Below, piece after piece: positions 11,142 through 21,419 of a stretch of DNA of 64,000 bases. The position numbers were made by a program, and so were the translations under genes. The DNA is taken from contig JBFWMA010000001.1 in the NCBI GenBank assembly GCA_050251875.1, forward strand, positions 96,001-160,000. The letters are read 5' to 3'. Within the stretch, counting starts at the first letter, position 1; each line of letters begins with the position of its first letter. The DNA comes from Deferribacterales bacterium. GTDB taxonomy: Bacteria; Chrysiogenota; Deferribacteres; Deferribacterales; Geovibrionaceae. The notes under the pieces were generated by a model. The model had not been told where the DNA came from. It made no database searches and saw nothing but the letters and a program-made list of their open reading frames with translations.

Positions 11142-11743
11142 TGCATATATCCGAAGGGGTGCTTTCCGCTCCCGTGCTGGGTGTGACAGGCGCCGCTGCC
11201 GCCGCCATGGTGGTTTACGGATTTCGTTATGTTAAGGGAGATATGCTGGCAAAGACAGCGCTGATGTCCAGCCTGTTCTTTGTCGGCTCTTTCATACACG
11301 TCCCGGTGGGACCGTCCAGCGTGCATCTGGTGCTGAACGGTCTGGTGGGCGCTGTTCTCGGCGTCTGCGCCTTTCCGGCGATATTCACCGCTCTTCTGAT
11401 GCAGGTTCTTTTGTTTCAGTTCGGCGGGTTCACCACACTGGGGGCCAACACTGTTGTTATGGCGCTTCCGGCGCTGATGGGATATTATTTTTACAGACAG
11501 GGAATGAAGAGACAGGGCATAGCCCAGAGTCTCATGTTTTTTCTGGCGGGGGCTCTGCCCGTGCTGGGGTCTGCCCTGCTTTTGGCGGTTGTTCTCGCCT
11601 TCAGCGGAGACGGGCTGTTCAGCGCCGCTAAGGCTCTGTTTCTGATGCATCTGCCCATTATAGCGGTAGAGGGCATAGTGTGTCTTTTTTTATTCAGGTT
11701 TATACTGAAGGTCTATCCGGACTTTCTAGAGAGAGGTTTATGA
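11141..11743 (+). CDS. ECF transporter substrate component, CbiM/NikM family
   Basis: N-terminal MHISEG metal-binding motif; HVPVGPSSVHL; FGGFTTLGAN. Confidence 0.9.
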   Translation: MHISEGVLSAPVLGVTGAAAAAMVVYGFRYVKGDMLAKTALMSSLFFVGSFIHVPVGPSSVHLVLNGLVGAVLGVCAFPAIFTALLMQVLLFQFGGFTTLGANTVVMALPALMGYYFYRQGMKRQGIAQSLMFFLAGALPVLGSALLLAVVLAFSGDGLFSAAKALFLMHLPIIAVEGIVCLFLFRFILKVYPDFLERGL

Positions 11744-12246
11744 TGAAGAGAGCTGTGCTTTCCGTCCTTCTGGCGCTGGCGGTTTTTCCGGCATATGCGC
11801 ACAAGCTGAATATTCTGGCGGTTTCTGAAAACGGGGCGCTCACCATCACGGCGTATTTCGCTGACGGCGCTGTCTGCAAAAACTGCGCATTCTCCGTCAC
11901 CGACAAATTCGGCAAGACTGTGGAAGAGGGAAAGCTGGACGAGGAAGGCTCATTCATAAAAACAGGCACCTTTCCGGACGAGATGAAGATAGTGGTGGAC
12001 GCCGGGCTGGGGCATATGGCGGAAGAGACCATCAGAGCCACAGGCGATGTGGATTTTAACGAAGGCGTGGCGGAAGTCACAGACGATTACGACATCAGAA
12101 AGATAATCAGGCAGGAACTCTCCAAACAGACAACGGAGATCAGAGCCGAACTGGATAAAAACAAAAGCAAGCTGGATATGATTATAGCCGGAATAGGCTA
12201 TATATTAGGTATTTTCGGAATAATCACACTGCTGAGAAAAAAATGA
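11740..12246 (+). CDS. NikL-like accessory membrane-anchored protein
   Basis: Signal peptide AYA-H, YFADG, DAGLGH and a C-terminal TM (IIAGIGYILGIFG); sits between the M and Q genes. Start moved to ATG 11740. Confidence 0.65.
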   Translation: MMKRAVLSVLLALAVFPAYAHKLNILAVSENGALTITAYFADGAVCKNCAFSVTDKFGKTVEEGKLDEEGSFIKTGTFPDEMKIVVDAGLGHMAEETIRATGDVDFNEGVAEVTDDYDIRKIIRQELSKQTTEIRAELDKNKSKLDMIIAGIGYILGIFGIITLLRKK

Positions 12247-12899
12247 AATTTTCCCCATCGGTAAGCATCGCTTCGGCGGCGCTTTATTCGCTGATGACGG
12301 CTTTTCTGACGGAGGTACATCCTCTGGACGGGCTGTTTGCCCTGTTCGTCATCGTTTCTGCTTACGGCAGAGGGCGCATAGTGCTTGTGAGGATGCTTAA
12401 GCTGAATATTTTTATTGTTTTCATTTGTCTCACCATTCTGCTGTTTCACGGCGACAGTGGACACGCTCTGCTGATTTTTTTCAGGGCTAACCTGATTACG
12501 GCGGTTAACGTGGCGCTCTTCACCGGATATACGGCGGACGAGTTCTATTACGGGTTTCACAGCCTGCGCCTGCCTGACAGATTTACCGTGACGCTGTTTT
12601 TCATGGTGAAATACACGGAGATTCTGGGCAAGGAATACGAGAGGATGAAAGAGGCGCTGAAGGTGCGTAATTTTATGCCGAAGACAAACATTTTTACATA
12701 TAAGACATACGCTTATCTCGCCGGGATGCTTCTGGTGCGGAGTATGGACAGAGCCGTCCGGCTGAATCAGGCGATGAAGCTGAGAGGTTTTTCCGGCAGG
12801 CTTTATCCGTTCAACTATGTTTCCTTCGGCAGGGCGGATATCGCCGTGATAAGTATGCTTATTATTCAGTCTTTATTCACATTCGGAGGCATGGTTTGA
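12243..12899 (+). CDS. ECF transporter T component (CbiQ/NikQ)
   Basis: Hydrophobic protein with ALKVR and AMKLRGF Arg motifs. Confidence 0.85.
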   Translation: MKFSPSVSIASAALYSLMTAFLTEVHPLDGLFALFVIVSAYGRGRIVLVRMLKLNIFIVFICLTILLFHGDSGHALLIFFRANLITAVNVALFTGYTADEFYYGFHSLRLPDRFTVTLFFMVKYTEILGKEYERMKEALKVRNFMPKTNIFTYKTYAYLAGMLLVRSMDRAVRLNQAMKLRGFSGRLYPFNYVSFGRADIAVISMLIIQSLFTFGGMV

Positions 12900-13543
12900 G
12901 CTGTTCGCTGACGATTAAGGAGCTGTCCTGCGAGAGAAACGGCGAGGTTCTGTTCAGAGACCTGTCCGTGAGGCTGGGGCACAAGGACAAGGTGGCTGTG
13001 ATGGGCGCTAACGGCGCCGGAAAGACCACCCTGCTGAAGGCCATCGTGGGGCTGTGTCCCGTGGCTTCGGGAACTATAGAGGTTTTTCATAATCCGATGA
13101 CCTGCGAAAAGGATTTTAAAGAGATGAGAAAGCATATCGGCTTTCTTTTTCAGGACAGTGATGACCAGTTCATCGCGCCCAGCGTGATAGAAGAGGTGGC
13201 TTTCGGTCTGCTGAACAGCGGAATGAGCGTGAAAGAAGCCGTTCCGGCGGCTGAGCGGATGCTGGACAGGCTGAACATATCCCACCTGAGAGACAGGATC
13301 ACACTCCATCTCTCCGGCGGAGAGAAGAAGCTGGCTGCGCTCGCTTCCGTTCTGGTTATGGAACCGGACATTCTGCTTCTGGATGAGCCTTCCGCCGCTC
13401 TGGATGAGGACGCGGAGAACCATTTGGCGTCCATTCTGGCTTCTCTGGACAAGAGCATGCTGATAGTCAGCCACAATCCTGATTTCGTCAGAAAAACCGG
13501 GGCGAAAATCATGTATTTGTCAAAAGACGGCTTAAAAGACTGA
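12896..13543 (+). CDS. ECF transporter ATPase (CbiO/NikO)
   Basis: GANGAGKT, FQDSDDQ, LSGGEKK and LLLDEP motifs. Confidence 0.92.
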   Translation: MSCSLTIKELSCERNGEVLFRDLSVRLGHKDKVAVMGANGAGKTTLLKAIVGLCPVASGTIEVFHNPMTCEKDFKEMRKHIGFLFQDSDDQFIAPSVIEEVAFGLLNSGMSVKEAVPAAERMLDRLNISHLRDRITLHLSGGEKKLAALASVLVMEPDILLLDEPSAALDEDAENHLASILASLDKSMLIVSHNPDFVRKTGAKIMYLSKDGLKD

Positions 13544-13613
13544 TAATTTCATTTTTCAATTTATTTTCCCGCAATTTTACCTATACTAATAGGACTTCTG
13601 CATAGGAGGTCTT

Positions 13614-15056
13614 ATGTCTGCTCTCAGCAGAATTTTTTCTGTATTGATTATGGTTCCGTTGCTGTTGTCTGCCTGCGGAGTGAGGGACGGGGAGATAGCC
13701 GGGAACGAAATCAGCAAAAACCTGAAAATTTCCGGCGATTTTTATAATTCCGGCGGTTCAGAAGTTTACGGCAGATGGTGGACGGTGTTCAAAAGTGACG
13801 AGCTGAATACTCTCATGGAAAGAATGTTCGCCGACAACTACCGGATAGCCGAAAGCTATGAGGGGCTGAAAGCCCTCTATGCCTCATACGGCATATCAAA
13901 CGCCGACCGCATCCCCACGCTCAGCCTGGGCGCCGGAGCGTCAAAGTCCTTTTCCGAGGTGAACGGGGACAAGGTGGAGGTGAACTCCTACAGCCTTTCG
14001 CTCACAGCCTCTTACGAGGCGGATATCTGGGGAAAACTGAAATACGCCTCAAAGTCCAACATGTATACGCTCATGTCTTCCAGATATGATCTGGACTCAT
14101 TATATATGACACTGTCCGCTGAGCTGGCAGACAGATATATAGCCTATATCGCCTATTCAAAAATTCTGAAGAAGAAACAGGAGGGAATGTCCCTCTATAA
14201 AAGCATGTTGGACGCCAGAGAGCGTCTCTACCGCTCGGGCATCGGCGACATGACGAAACTGCTGGAAGCGAAAAAGAGTCTGGAAGCGGCGCAGACGGAA
14301 GTTCTGACCGCCGAACAGAATCTGGACGGCGTGCGCCAGTCCATCGCTGTTCTTCTGGGGTTTGCAGATGGTCGTCAGATCAGCATATCCGATGACGGAT
14401 ACATCACCCCCGAACTGCCGAAAGCAGTTCCCTCGGAGGTTGTTTCCGGACGTCCGGATATCCGTTCGGCTCTCTATACACTCTACAGATATGACAGAGC
14501 GGCAGCGGCAGCGGCGGCAAAGAGATATCCCTCGCTCAGCCTGTCCGCCTCAGCCGGATACTCCGGCGACACGGTGAGCGATCTGATAAGCCCGGAGAAT
14601 TTCGCCGCCCAGATACTGGGTAATCTGGTTCTGCCCATCATAGACGGCAGGGCGAGAAAGCTAGAATACGAAAAACAGCAGGCGTATCTGCGCCAGAACA
14701 TATACACATATCAGAAGACCGTGATAACAGGTCTGAACGAGGTTCAGACAGCGCTGAACACCAACAGGTACGCTCTGGAAACTCTCAACAGGCAGAACGA
14801 CAGGCTCGATTCCGACATGAAGCTGTATAACATAGCCAAAATGCGTTACGAAATGGGCATAGACGACTATGAATCTGTTCTGGAGACCAGAATCGCCCTG
14901 AACGAGAGAGAGGCGGCAGTGATATCCGCCCGGAGCGCTCTGGCGCAGGCGAGAATAGAGCTTATCAGAGCCATAGGCGGCGGCTGGACACAGGAATACA
15001 CCGACAAGAGGCTTCAGGACGACATAGCGAAGCTGTTTTCAGGAGATGATAAATGA
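13614..15056 (+). CDS. Outer membrane efflux lipoprotein (TolC/NodT family)
   Basis: Lipobox LSAC, WW.VF...ELN.L, ASYEADIWG and RPDIRSA; first gene of an RND triad. Confidence 0.9.
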   Translation: MSALSRIFSVLIMVPLLLSACGVRDGEIAGNEISKNLKISGDFYNSGGSEVYGRWWTVFKSDELNTLMERMFADNYRIAESYEGLKALYASYGISNADRIPTLSLGAGASKSFSEVNGDKVEVNSYSLSLTASYEADIWGKLKYASKSNMYTLMSSRYDLDSLYMTLSAELADRYIAYIAYSKILKKKQEGMSLYKSMLDARERLYRSGIGDMTKLLEAKKSLEAAQTEVLTAEQNLDGVRQSIAVLLGFADGRQISISDDGYITPELPKAVPSEVVSGRPDIRSALYTLYRYDRAAAAAAAKRYPSLSLSASAGYSGDTVSDLISPENFAAQILGNLVLPIIDGRARKLEYEKQQAYLRQNIYTYQKTVITGLNEVQTALNTNRYALETLNRQNDRLDSDMKLYNIAKMRYEMGIDDYESVLETRIALNEREAAVISARSALAQARIELIRAIGGGWTQEYTDKRLQDDIAKLFSGDDK

Positions 15057-16219
15057 AGAAAGGGTTAAAGATAATTCTGCCGGTGGTGATACTGGCGCTG
15101 GCACTCGGTCTTGCCTTTTATCAGATAAAGCATAAACCCATGCCCCAGAAGGCGGACAAGAAGAAGATAAACCCGATGGTGCGTGTGGAGACTGCGGAGA
15201 CCGCTGACTATGTGTCCAGAGCGAAAGGGTTCGGCACGGTGCAGGCGGCTTCCAGTATGAATATAGTGAACGACACAGCAGGGAGGGTCATTTATGTGAA
15301 CCCTGACCTGAAAGCGGGGCAGAGCTTTCAGAAGGGCGAACTGCTCTACAGCATAGAGACGGAAACATATGAATCGGCTCTGGCGTCTGCCAGATCAAGC
15401 CTGAAATCGGCTCAGTATGAGCTGGCGAAGACCGAGCAGGAGGCGGACGTCTCCGTGAAGGAATGGGATATTTGGAACAGCACGGCTGAAAACGTTAAAA
15501 AGCCCAGCCCGCTGATAAAATATGAGCCTCAGCTCGCTGCCGGAAGAGCGGCTGTGGAATACGCCGAGAAAGCGGTGGCAAAGGCGGAGGCAGATCTTCT
15601 GAAAACTGCCTACAGAGCGCCATTTGACTGTATAGTATCGTCAGAGAACATAGAGCTGGGCATGGTGATAAAATCCGGCGAGTCAGCGGGAGTTCTGGTT
15701 GGGGCGCACGCATATGAAGTGGCTGTGCCTGTGCTGGCTAAGGACGAGGCGGATATTATTCTGTCTGAAGACATGAAGAGAGCGTCAGCGGCGGACGTGG
15801 TTCTGAGCGAAGGACCCAGAAGCTGGAAATGGCGCGGATACGCATCCAGAACACTTCCGGACGCAGACAGCAAAACAGGCATGATAAAAATAGTGGTGAC
15901 AGTACCCGACCCCAATAGAAAAGAGAACGGCAGACCCACGCTCACCATCGGAAGCAACGTTGAATGCGTTATAAAAGGAAAAGTGATAAGCGGGCTCACC
16001 AGTATCCCGAAATCCGCTGTAAGAGAGAACAGCACCGTCTGGGTGTATAAAGACGGCAAGCTGAATATAAGAACAGCGGCGGTGACCGGCACAGACGAGA
16101 ACAGGGCATATCTTTCAGAGGGCGTGACCGCCGGAGAACAGGTTATAATCAGCCGTGTTCAGGGGGCTGTGGATCAGATGTCCGTAACCCTGAACGCCAA
16201 GCCCGGAGCTGTTAAATGA
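15053..16219 (+). CDS. RND efflux periplasmic adaptor
   Basis: N-terminal anchor, lipoyl half-motifs (GRVIYV; RAPFD) and a coiled hairpin. Confidence 0.9.
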   Translation: MKKGLKIILPVVILALALGLAFYQIKHKPMPQKADKKKINPMVRVETAETADYVSRAKGFGTVQAASSMNIVNDTAGRVIYVNPDLKAGQSFQKGELLYSIETETYESALASARSSLKSAQYELAKTEQEADVSVKEWDIWNSTAENVKKPSPLIKYEPQLAAGRAAVEYAEKAVAKAEADLLKTAYRAPFDCIVSSENIELGMVIKSGESAGVLVGAHAYEVAVPVLAKDEADIILSEDMKRASAADVVLSEGPRSWKWRGYASRTLPDADSKTGMIKIVVTVPDPNRKENGRPTLTIGSNVECVIKGKVISGLTSIPKSAVRENSTVWVYKDGKLNIRTAAVTGTDENRAYLSEGVTAGEQVIISRVQGAVDQMSVTLNAKPGAVK

Positions 16220-19200
16220 AAAAAAGGGGACCCCTGACATGGATGGCGAAGAACCATGTAGCCGCTAACCTGCTGATGCTGTTTCTGCTGCTCGGCGGGC
16301 TTGCCATGCTGGGCAATATGAAGAGGGAAGTTTTTCCCGATATATCCGCTGACGAGGTGAACATCAGCATATCCTATCCCGGCGCATCGCCTTCAGAGGT
16401 TGTGGACGGGGTGGTTCTGGTGACGGAAGACGCCGTGAGCGGGCTGGAATGGACCAAGAAGATCACATCCACGGCAAAAGAGGGCTCAGCCACTATCACC
16501 GTGGAGCTGGTGGAAGGCACAGACCGCCAGCAGGCTTTGCAGGATTATAAGGCGGAGATAGACCGCATCAGCACATATCCGGACGAGGCGGAAGACCCCA
16601 TTGTGTCTCTTTCCAGCCGTAAGCGCTCTGTGGTGGATATCTCGCTGTACGGCGACCTGTCGGAGACTCAGGTCAGATATTACGGAGAGGAGCTGAAACA
16701 GGCGCTTCTGGATTCTGACGGCATTACATCCGTGGCATACGCCAACAATGTGAAGGATCACGAGATCCACATCCAGATAGATGAAAAGAACCTGAGGAAA
16801 TACGGTCTGACGCTGAACACCGTTGCGTCCAGACTGTCGGACGAATCGCTGAACCTGCCTTTGGGCACCATAGACACCCGTCAGGGCGAAATGGTTTTGA
16901 GGATGCAGGATAAAAAATATACCGCCAGAGAGTTCGAAAACCTCCCGGTGGTTTCATCGCCGGAATCCGGCACAGTATATCTGAAAGATATAGCTAAGAT
17001 TTTTGACGGGTTCAAAGATGACGACATAGCCGAGACCTTTAACGGGCAGGAGAGCATCACTCTCCGGGTTTACCGTGTGGGGTCGGAGACTCCGGACGGC
17101 ATATCCGATGCGGTGAAGACAGTTATCGCCGGATTTGAGAAGAGGGTGCCGGACAATGTGAAAATAGCCGTATGGGATGACGATTCCGAGCTTCTGGCTA
17201 ACAGGATGAAGCTCCTTCTCAGAAACGCCATTCAGGGGCTGGTGCTTGTCATCATCGTTCTGGCGCTGTTCATGGAGCTGAGGCTGGCTATGTGGGTGGC
17301 GATGGGTATTCCCGTCTCTATCCTGGGATCGATAATTTTTCTGCCCATGCTGGGCGTGTCTATAAACATGATAAGTTCCTTCGCCTTCATTCTGGCGCTG
17401 GGTATAGTGGTGGATGACGCCATCGTGGTGGGGGAGAATATTTACGCCCACCGGATGATGGGCAAATCACGGCTGAACGCCGCTGTGGACGGCGTGCATG
17501 AGGTTATGACATCCGTCACCTTCTCCATGCTGACCACTGTGACGGCATTCGTTCCCCTGCTCTTCATAGAGGGCAGGCTGAAATTTCTCATGTCCGTGAT
17601 GCCTCTGGTTGTTATATCCGTTCTGGCGATATCTCTGGTGGAATCTTTCCTGATTCTGCCCGCCCACCTGAACAGCAAAGAGAGAGAGCGCAAAACCGCC
17701 CACAAGATGCGGGAGGTTTTTAAAAACGGGCTGGATTATCTGATAACAGTTCCTTATCAGAAGAGCGTGAAAGTTATGCTGGAATACAGATACGTCACGT
17801 TCGCCGTGTTTGTGAGCATGCTTATCATCGTGTTCGGTCTGGTTAAGTCCGGACATGTGAAATTCCGCTTTATGCCCGAGGTGGAGAGGGACGTTATCAG
17901 AATCGCCGTCACTCTGCCCGCCGGAAGCCCCATCACCAGCACCAAAAGAGCCCTGACGACTCTGGAGGAGACGGCGAAGATAACGGACGAACAGCTTAAG
18001 AAAGAATACGGCTCGGACGAGTCTTTCATAGAATATCTTCAGACGGGGACTCAGTCGTCCGGTGTCGCCAGACTGGCTGTGGCTCTGAAACCCGTGGAAG
18101 AGAGACCTTTCAGCACGAAAGTTTTTGAAAACACCATGAAGAAGAACCAGCCCAGAATACCCGGGATATCGTCCGTGACGTATAACTCTCTGGGTATGAG
18201 TTTCGGGGCGAATATAAACGTTCGTTTCGCCCATCCGGACGAAGCCGTTCTGATGGAAATATCCGACAAGATGCGGGCGAAGCTGGCGGGATATTCCGGT
18301 ATATCGGATATCGAAGACTCCTTTGACGAGGGCAAGAGAGAGCTGTCTTTCTCTGTAAACAGTTTCGGCAGAAGCCTTGGGCTCACCAGCGATGATGTGG
18401 CGAGACAGGTGCGGGGCGCTTTTTACGGAGTGGAGGCTATCAAGTTTCAGCGCGGGCTGAACGAGGTGACTGTCAGGGTGGAATATCCGGACAGAGACAG
18501 AAAAGACACGGATAATCTGATGAGCATGTTCATCCGGACATCTGACGGCAGAGAATATCCGTTTTACAGCGTTGCTGATATGGAAGAGACCAGAGGTCTG
18601 GCGTCTATAATCCGCACAGACAGAAAGCAGGTGGTGAACGTAACCGCCTCGGCGGATAAGAGAGCCAACCCGGCGGAGATTATGAGAGATCTGGAGGGGT
18701 CAATCATCCCTCAGCTCATGGCGGAGTATCCGGGGCTCACATGGAAATATGAGGGCGAGGAGGAGCAGAAGCAGGAGTCCAGAAAAGGTCTGGGCAAGGT
18801 TATGCCTCTGATAGCGCTCATAATGTATTCCATGCTGGCGATCCCTTTCAGAAGCTATATACAGCCGGTCATCGTAATGCTGGCGATTCCTTTCGGGCTG
18901 GTGGGGGCTGTTATCGGTCACATGATTCTGGGACTGCCCATCAGCATGATGAGTATTTTCGGGATGGTTGCTGTGGCGGGAGTGGTTGTCAACGACTCCA
19001 TAGTTATGGTATCGTTCATAAACCAGTCGGCAAGAGACCGGCGGCATATATCGCCGGAGATCGTCATAGGAGCGGGCATGCGCAGATTCCGCCCGATTCT
19101 CATGACATCGCTGACGACATTTTTCGGGCTTGCGCCCATGATTATGGAAAAATCTACACACGCTCAGATACTTATCCCTATGGCGGTGAGTCTGGCGTTT

Positions 19201-19305
19201 GGTGTTCTGTTCACCACTTTCATCGCTTTGTGCTTTGTCCCCGTGGTTTACATGATGCTGGAAGATTTTAAGAAACTATTGAATATCCAGGGGCATAATG
19301 ACTGA
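16216..19305 (+). CDS. RND efflux permease (AcrB/AcrD/AcrF family)
   Basis: 1029 aa; GIVVDDAIVVGEN and RFRPILMTSLTT motifs. Confidence 0.95.
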   Translation: MKKRGPLTWMAKNHVAANLLMLFLLLGGLAMLGNMKREVFPDISADEVNISISYPGASPSEVVDGVVLVTEDAVSGLEWTKKITSTAKEGSATITVELVEGTDRQQALQDYKAEIDRISTYPDEAEDPIVSLSSRKRSVVDISLYGDLSETQVRYYGEELKQALLDSDGITSVAYANNVKDHEIHIQIDEKNLRKYGLTLNTVASRLSDESLNLPLGTIDTRQGEMVLRMQDKKYTAREFENLPVVSSPESGTVYLKDIAKIFDGFKDDDIAETFNGQESITLRVYRVGSETPDGISDAVKTVIAGFEKRVPDNVKIAVWDDDSELLANRMKLLLRNAIQGLVLVIIVLALFMELRLAMWVAMGIPVSILGSIIFLPMLGVSINMISSFAFILALGIVVDDAIVVGENIYAHRMMGKSRLNAAVDGVHEVMTSVTFSMLTTVTAFVPLLFIEGRLKFLMSVMPLVVISVLAISLVESFLILPAHLNSKERERKTAHKMREVFKNGLDYLITVPYQKSVKVMLEYRYVTFAVFVSMLIIVFGLVKSGHVKFRFMPEVERDVIRIAVTLPAGSPITSTKRALTTLEETAKITDEQLKKEYGSDESFIEYLQTGTQSSGVARLAVALKPVEERPFSTKVFENTMKKNQPRIPGISSVTYNSLGMSFGANINVRFAHPDEAVLMEISDKMRAKLAGYSGISDIEDSFDEGKRELSFSVNSFGRSLGLTSDDVARQVRGAFYGVEAIKFQRGLNEVTVRVEYPDRDRKDTDNLMSMFIRTSDGREYPFYSVADMEETRGLASIIRTDRKQVVNVTASADKRANPAEIMRDLEGSIIPQLMAEYPGLTWKYEGEEEQKQESRKGLGKVMPLIALIMYSMLAIPFRSYIQPVIVMLAIPFGLVGAVIGHMILGLPISMMSIFGMVAVAGVVVNDSIVMVSFINQSARDRRHISPEIVIGAGMRRFRPILMTSLTTFFGLAPMIMEKSTHAQILIPMAVSLAFGVLFTTFIALCFVPVVYMMLEDFKKLLNIQGHND

Positions 19306-19847
19306 TGATTACCGCATTTGACATTTTCGGAATAGCGCTCGCTATGAGCATAGACGCTTTCTGCGTCTGTATCTGTATAGGGATGAAATACCATAAGCTG
19401 TCTAACTATATACGTCTCGGAGGGGCTTTCGGCTGGTTTCAGTTTCTGATGCCGGTTATAGGAGCCTTTGCGGGCAGGGCGCTTATGCGTTATACTGATA
19501 ACATAAAATATCTGGCGGCTGCCTTTCTTATATATGTCGCGTGGCACATGTTCAGAGAGGCTTACAAGCACAAGGAATGTAAGGTGTACACCAGCGACCC
19601 CACGAAGGGCGCTCAGCTTATCTTTCTTTCGCTCGCCACCAGCATGGACGCTCTGGGAGCGGGGCTCTCGCTGTGCATGTGGGACGGCGGGATTGTGATG
19701 GCATCCGTGGTGATCGGCGTTGTGTGCATGGTGATGAGTTTCATCGGTGTCGCCATCGGTCAGCACAGCAGACGATACATCGGTTATTACGCCGAATATT
19801 TCGGCGCCGCTGTTCTGGTGATTATCGGTATCCGTTTCATAATATAG
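19305..19847 (+). CDS. mntP: Manganese efflux pump, MntP family
   Basis: ALAMSIDAF, FGWFQFLMP and LATSMDAL repeated motifs. Confidence 0.85.
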   Translation: MITAFDIFGIALAMSIDAFCVCICIGMKYHKLSNYIRLGGAFGWFQFLMPVIGAFAGRALMRYTDNIKYLAAAFLIYVAWHMFREAYKHKECKVYTSDPTKGAQLIFLSLATSMDALGAGLSLCMWDGGIVMASVVIGVVCMVMSFIGVAIGQHSRRYIGYYAEYFGAAVLVIIGIRFII

Positions 19848-19857
19848 GAGAGTTTTC

Positions 19858-21318
19858 ATGTCTTCATTCAACATCATGTTCGTATCCAGCGAGGTAGCTC
19901 CCTTTTCCAAAACAGGAGGACTGGCGGATGTCTGTTCTTCACTGCCCATCGCTCTTGCGGCTAAGAACAGAGTGATAGTGGTGTCGCCTCTGTATTCCTC
20001 CATCAACAGAGAGAAATACGGTATAAAGCCGGTGACGGGCGGATGCTGTGTTCACATGGGCAACTGCGAGGAGTTTTACGCTCTGCACCACACACAGATA
20101 GATAATGTTGACTATTACTTTCTGGAGTTTGACAAATATTTCAACCGTCAGGGGATTTATCATACAAAGGCGGGCGAATACGGCGACAATCCGTTCCGCT
20201 TCAGCTTTCTGTCCCGTGCCTCTCTTCAGGTGGCTAAGGATCTGGATTTTCAGCCGGATATAGTGCATGCCAACGACTGGCAGACGGGGCTGGTGCCTTA
20301 TTATGTGAAAAGACTCGGCGATCCTTATTTCGCCGCAACAAAGAGTGTTATCACCATACATAACATAGGATATCAGGGGCTTTTCGGACCGGAAGTTCTG
20401 GAATACGCCGGGATACATCCGGATGATTTCAACGCCGGAGCGTTCGAGAATTTCGGTGGGGTAAACCTGCTGAAGGGCGGTCTCGCCTTCGCCGACAAGA
20501 TAACCACAGTGAGCCCCACATATGCCAAAGAGATCAGAGGACCCGTGGGATCATCCGGTCTGCACGATCTTCTGAATGCCAGAGGATATGATGTTCTGGG
20601 GATTCTGAACGGAATCGACACGAACGTGTGGAATCCGAAAAAAGATACATATATACCCTATCAGTTCGATGCCAGATCGATGAAATCGAAGACAAAGAAC
20701 AAGCTGGAGCTCCAGAAACGCTTCGGGCTGAAACAGGATGAGAATATCGCCCTGTTCGGCTTTGTGGGCAGGTTTGCCGATCAGAAAGGTCTGCATCTTC
20801 TGCGTGACGCCTGTGTCAGGGCGGTGCGGGATATGGTCTGTCAGTTTGTGATTGTGGGTTCCGGCGAGCAGGACTACGAAGATTTTTTCGGCGGACTGCC
20901 GGCACGTTTTCCAGGTGAGATCGGATCATACATCGGATACAGCGAGGAGACAGCGCATCTTGTTGAGGCGGGGGCGGATTTCTTCGTGATGCCTTCGCTC
21001 TATGAGCCATGCGGGCTGAACCAGATGTATTCGCTGGCATACGGCACTCTCCCCGTGGTGAGAGCCACAGGAGGGCTGGAAGACACGGTGGAGAACTATG
21101 ACGAAACCACCGGAGGCGGAACAGGATTTAAATTTGAAGCCATCAGCGCTCAGGCGCTTTATGATACCATAGGCTGGGCTGTCAGCACATATTACGACAG
21201 ACCTCAGCACATAGAGATGATGAGAAAGAGAGCCATGAAGCAGGATTTCAGCTGGAAAAAATCAGCGGCGCTTTATCAGTCGCTTTACGAATGGCTCAAA
21301 CAGCCGGATATCTTTTAG
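19858..21318 (+). CDS. glgA: Glycogen synthase
   Basis: KTGGLADV, HANDWQ, PSLYEPCGLNQ and TGGLEDTV motifs. Confidence 0.95.
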   Translation: MSSFNIMFVSSEVAPFSKTGGLADVCSSLPIALAAKNRVIVVSPLYSSINREKYGIKPVTGGCCVHMGNCEEFYALHHTQIDNVDYYFLEFDKYFNRQGIYHTKAGEYGDNPFRFSFLSRASLQVAKDLDFQPDIVHANDWQTGLVPYYVKRLGDPYFAATKSVITIHNIGYQGLFGPEVLEYAGIHPDDFNAGAFENFGGVNLLKGGLAFADKITTVSPTYAKEIRGPVGSSGLHDLLNARGYDVLGILNGIDTNVWNPKKDTYIPYQFDARSMKSKTKNKLELQKRFGLKQDENIALFGFVGRFADQKGLHLLRDACVRAVRDMVCQFVIVGSGEQDYEDFFGGLPARFPGEIGSYIGYSEETAHLVEAGADFFVMPSLYEPCGLNQMYSLAYGTLPVVRATGGLEDTVENYDETTGGGTGFKFEAISAQALYDTIGWAVSTYYDRPQHIEMMRKRAMKQDFSWKKSAALYQSLYEWLKQPDIF

Positions 21319-21326
21319 ATAAAAAT

Positions 21327-21409
21327 GTCATTGCGAACCATTTATGGTGAAGCAATCTTCTGTAGTCAAAATACTGTGAAGACTGCTTCGGATAAGTCCT
21401 CGCAGTGAC
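21327..21409. repeat. Pair of GTC-tagged REP-like palindromic units (tail-to-tail)
   Basis: GTCATTGCGAAC...GCAATCTTC and inverted GAAGACTGC...GCAGTGAC, between convergent glgA and DMT genes. Confidence 0.8.
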
Positions 21410-21419
21410 TTTGTTTCAT

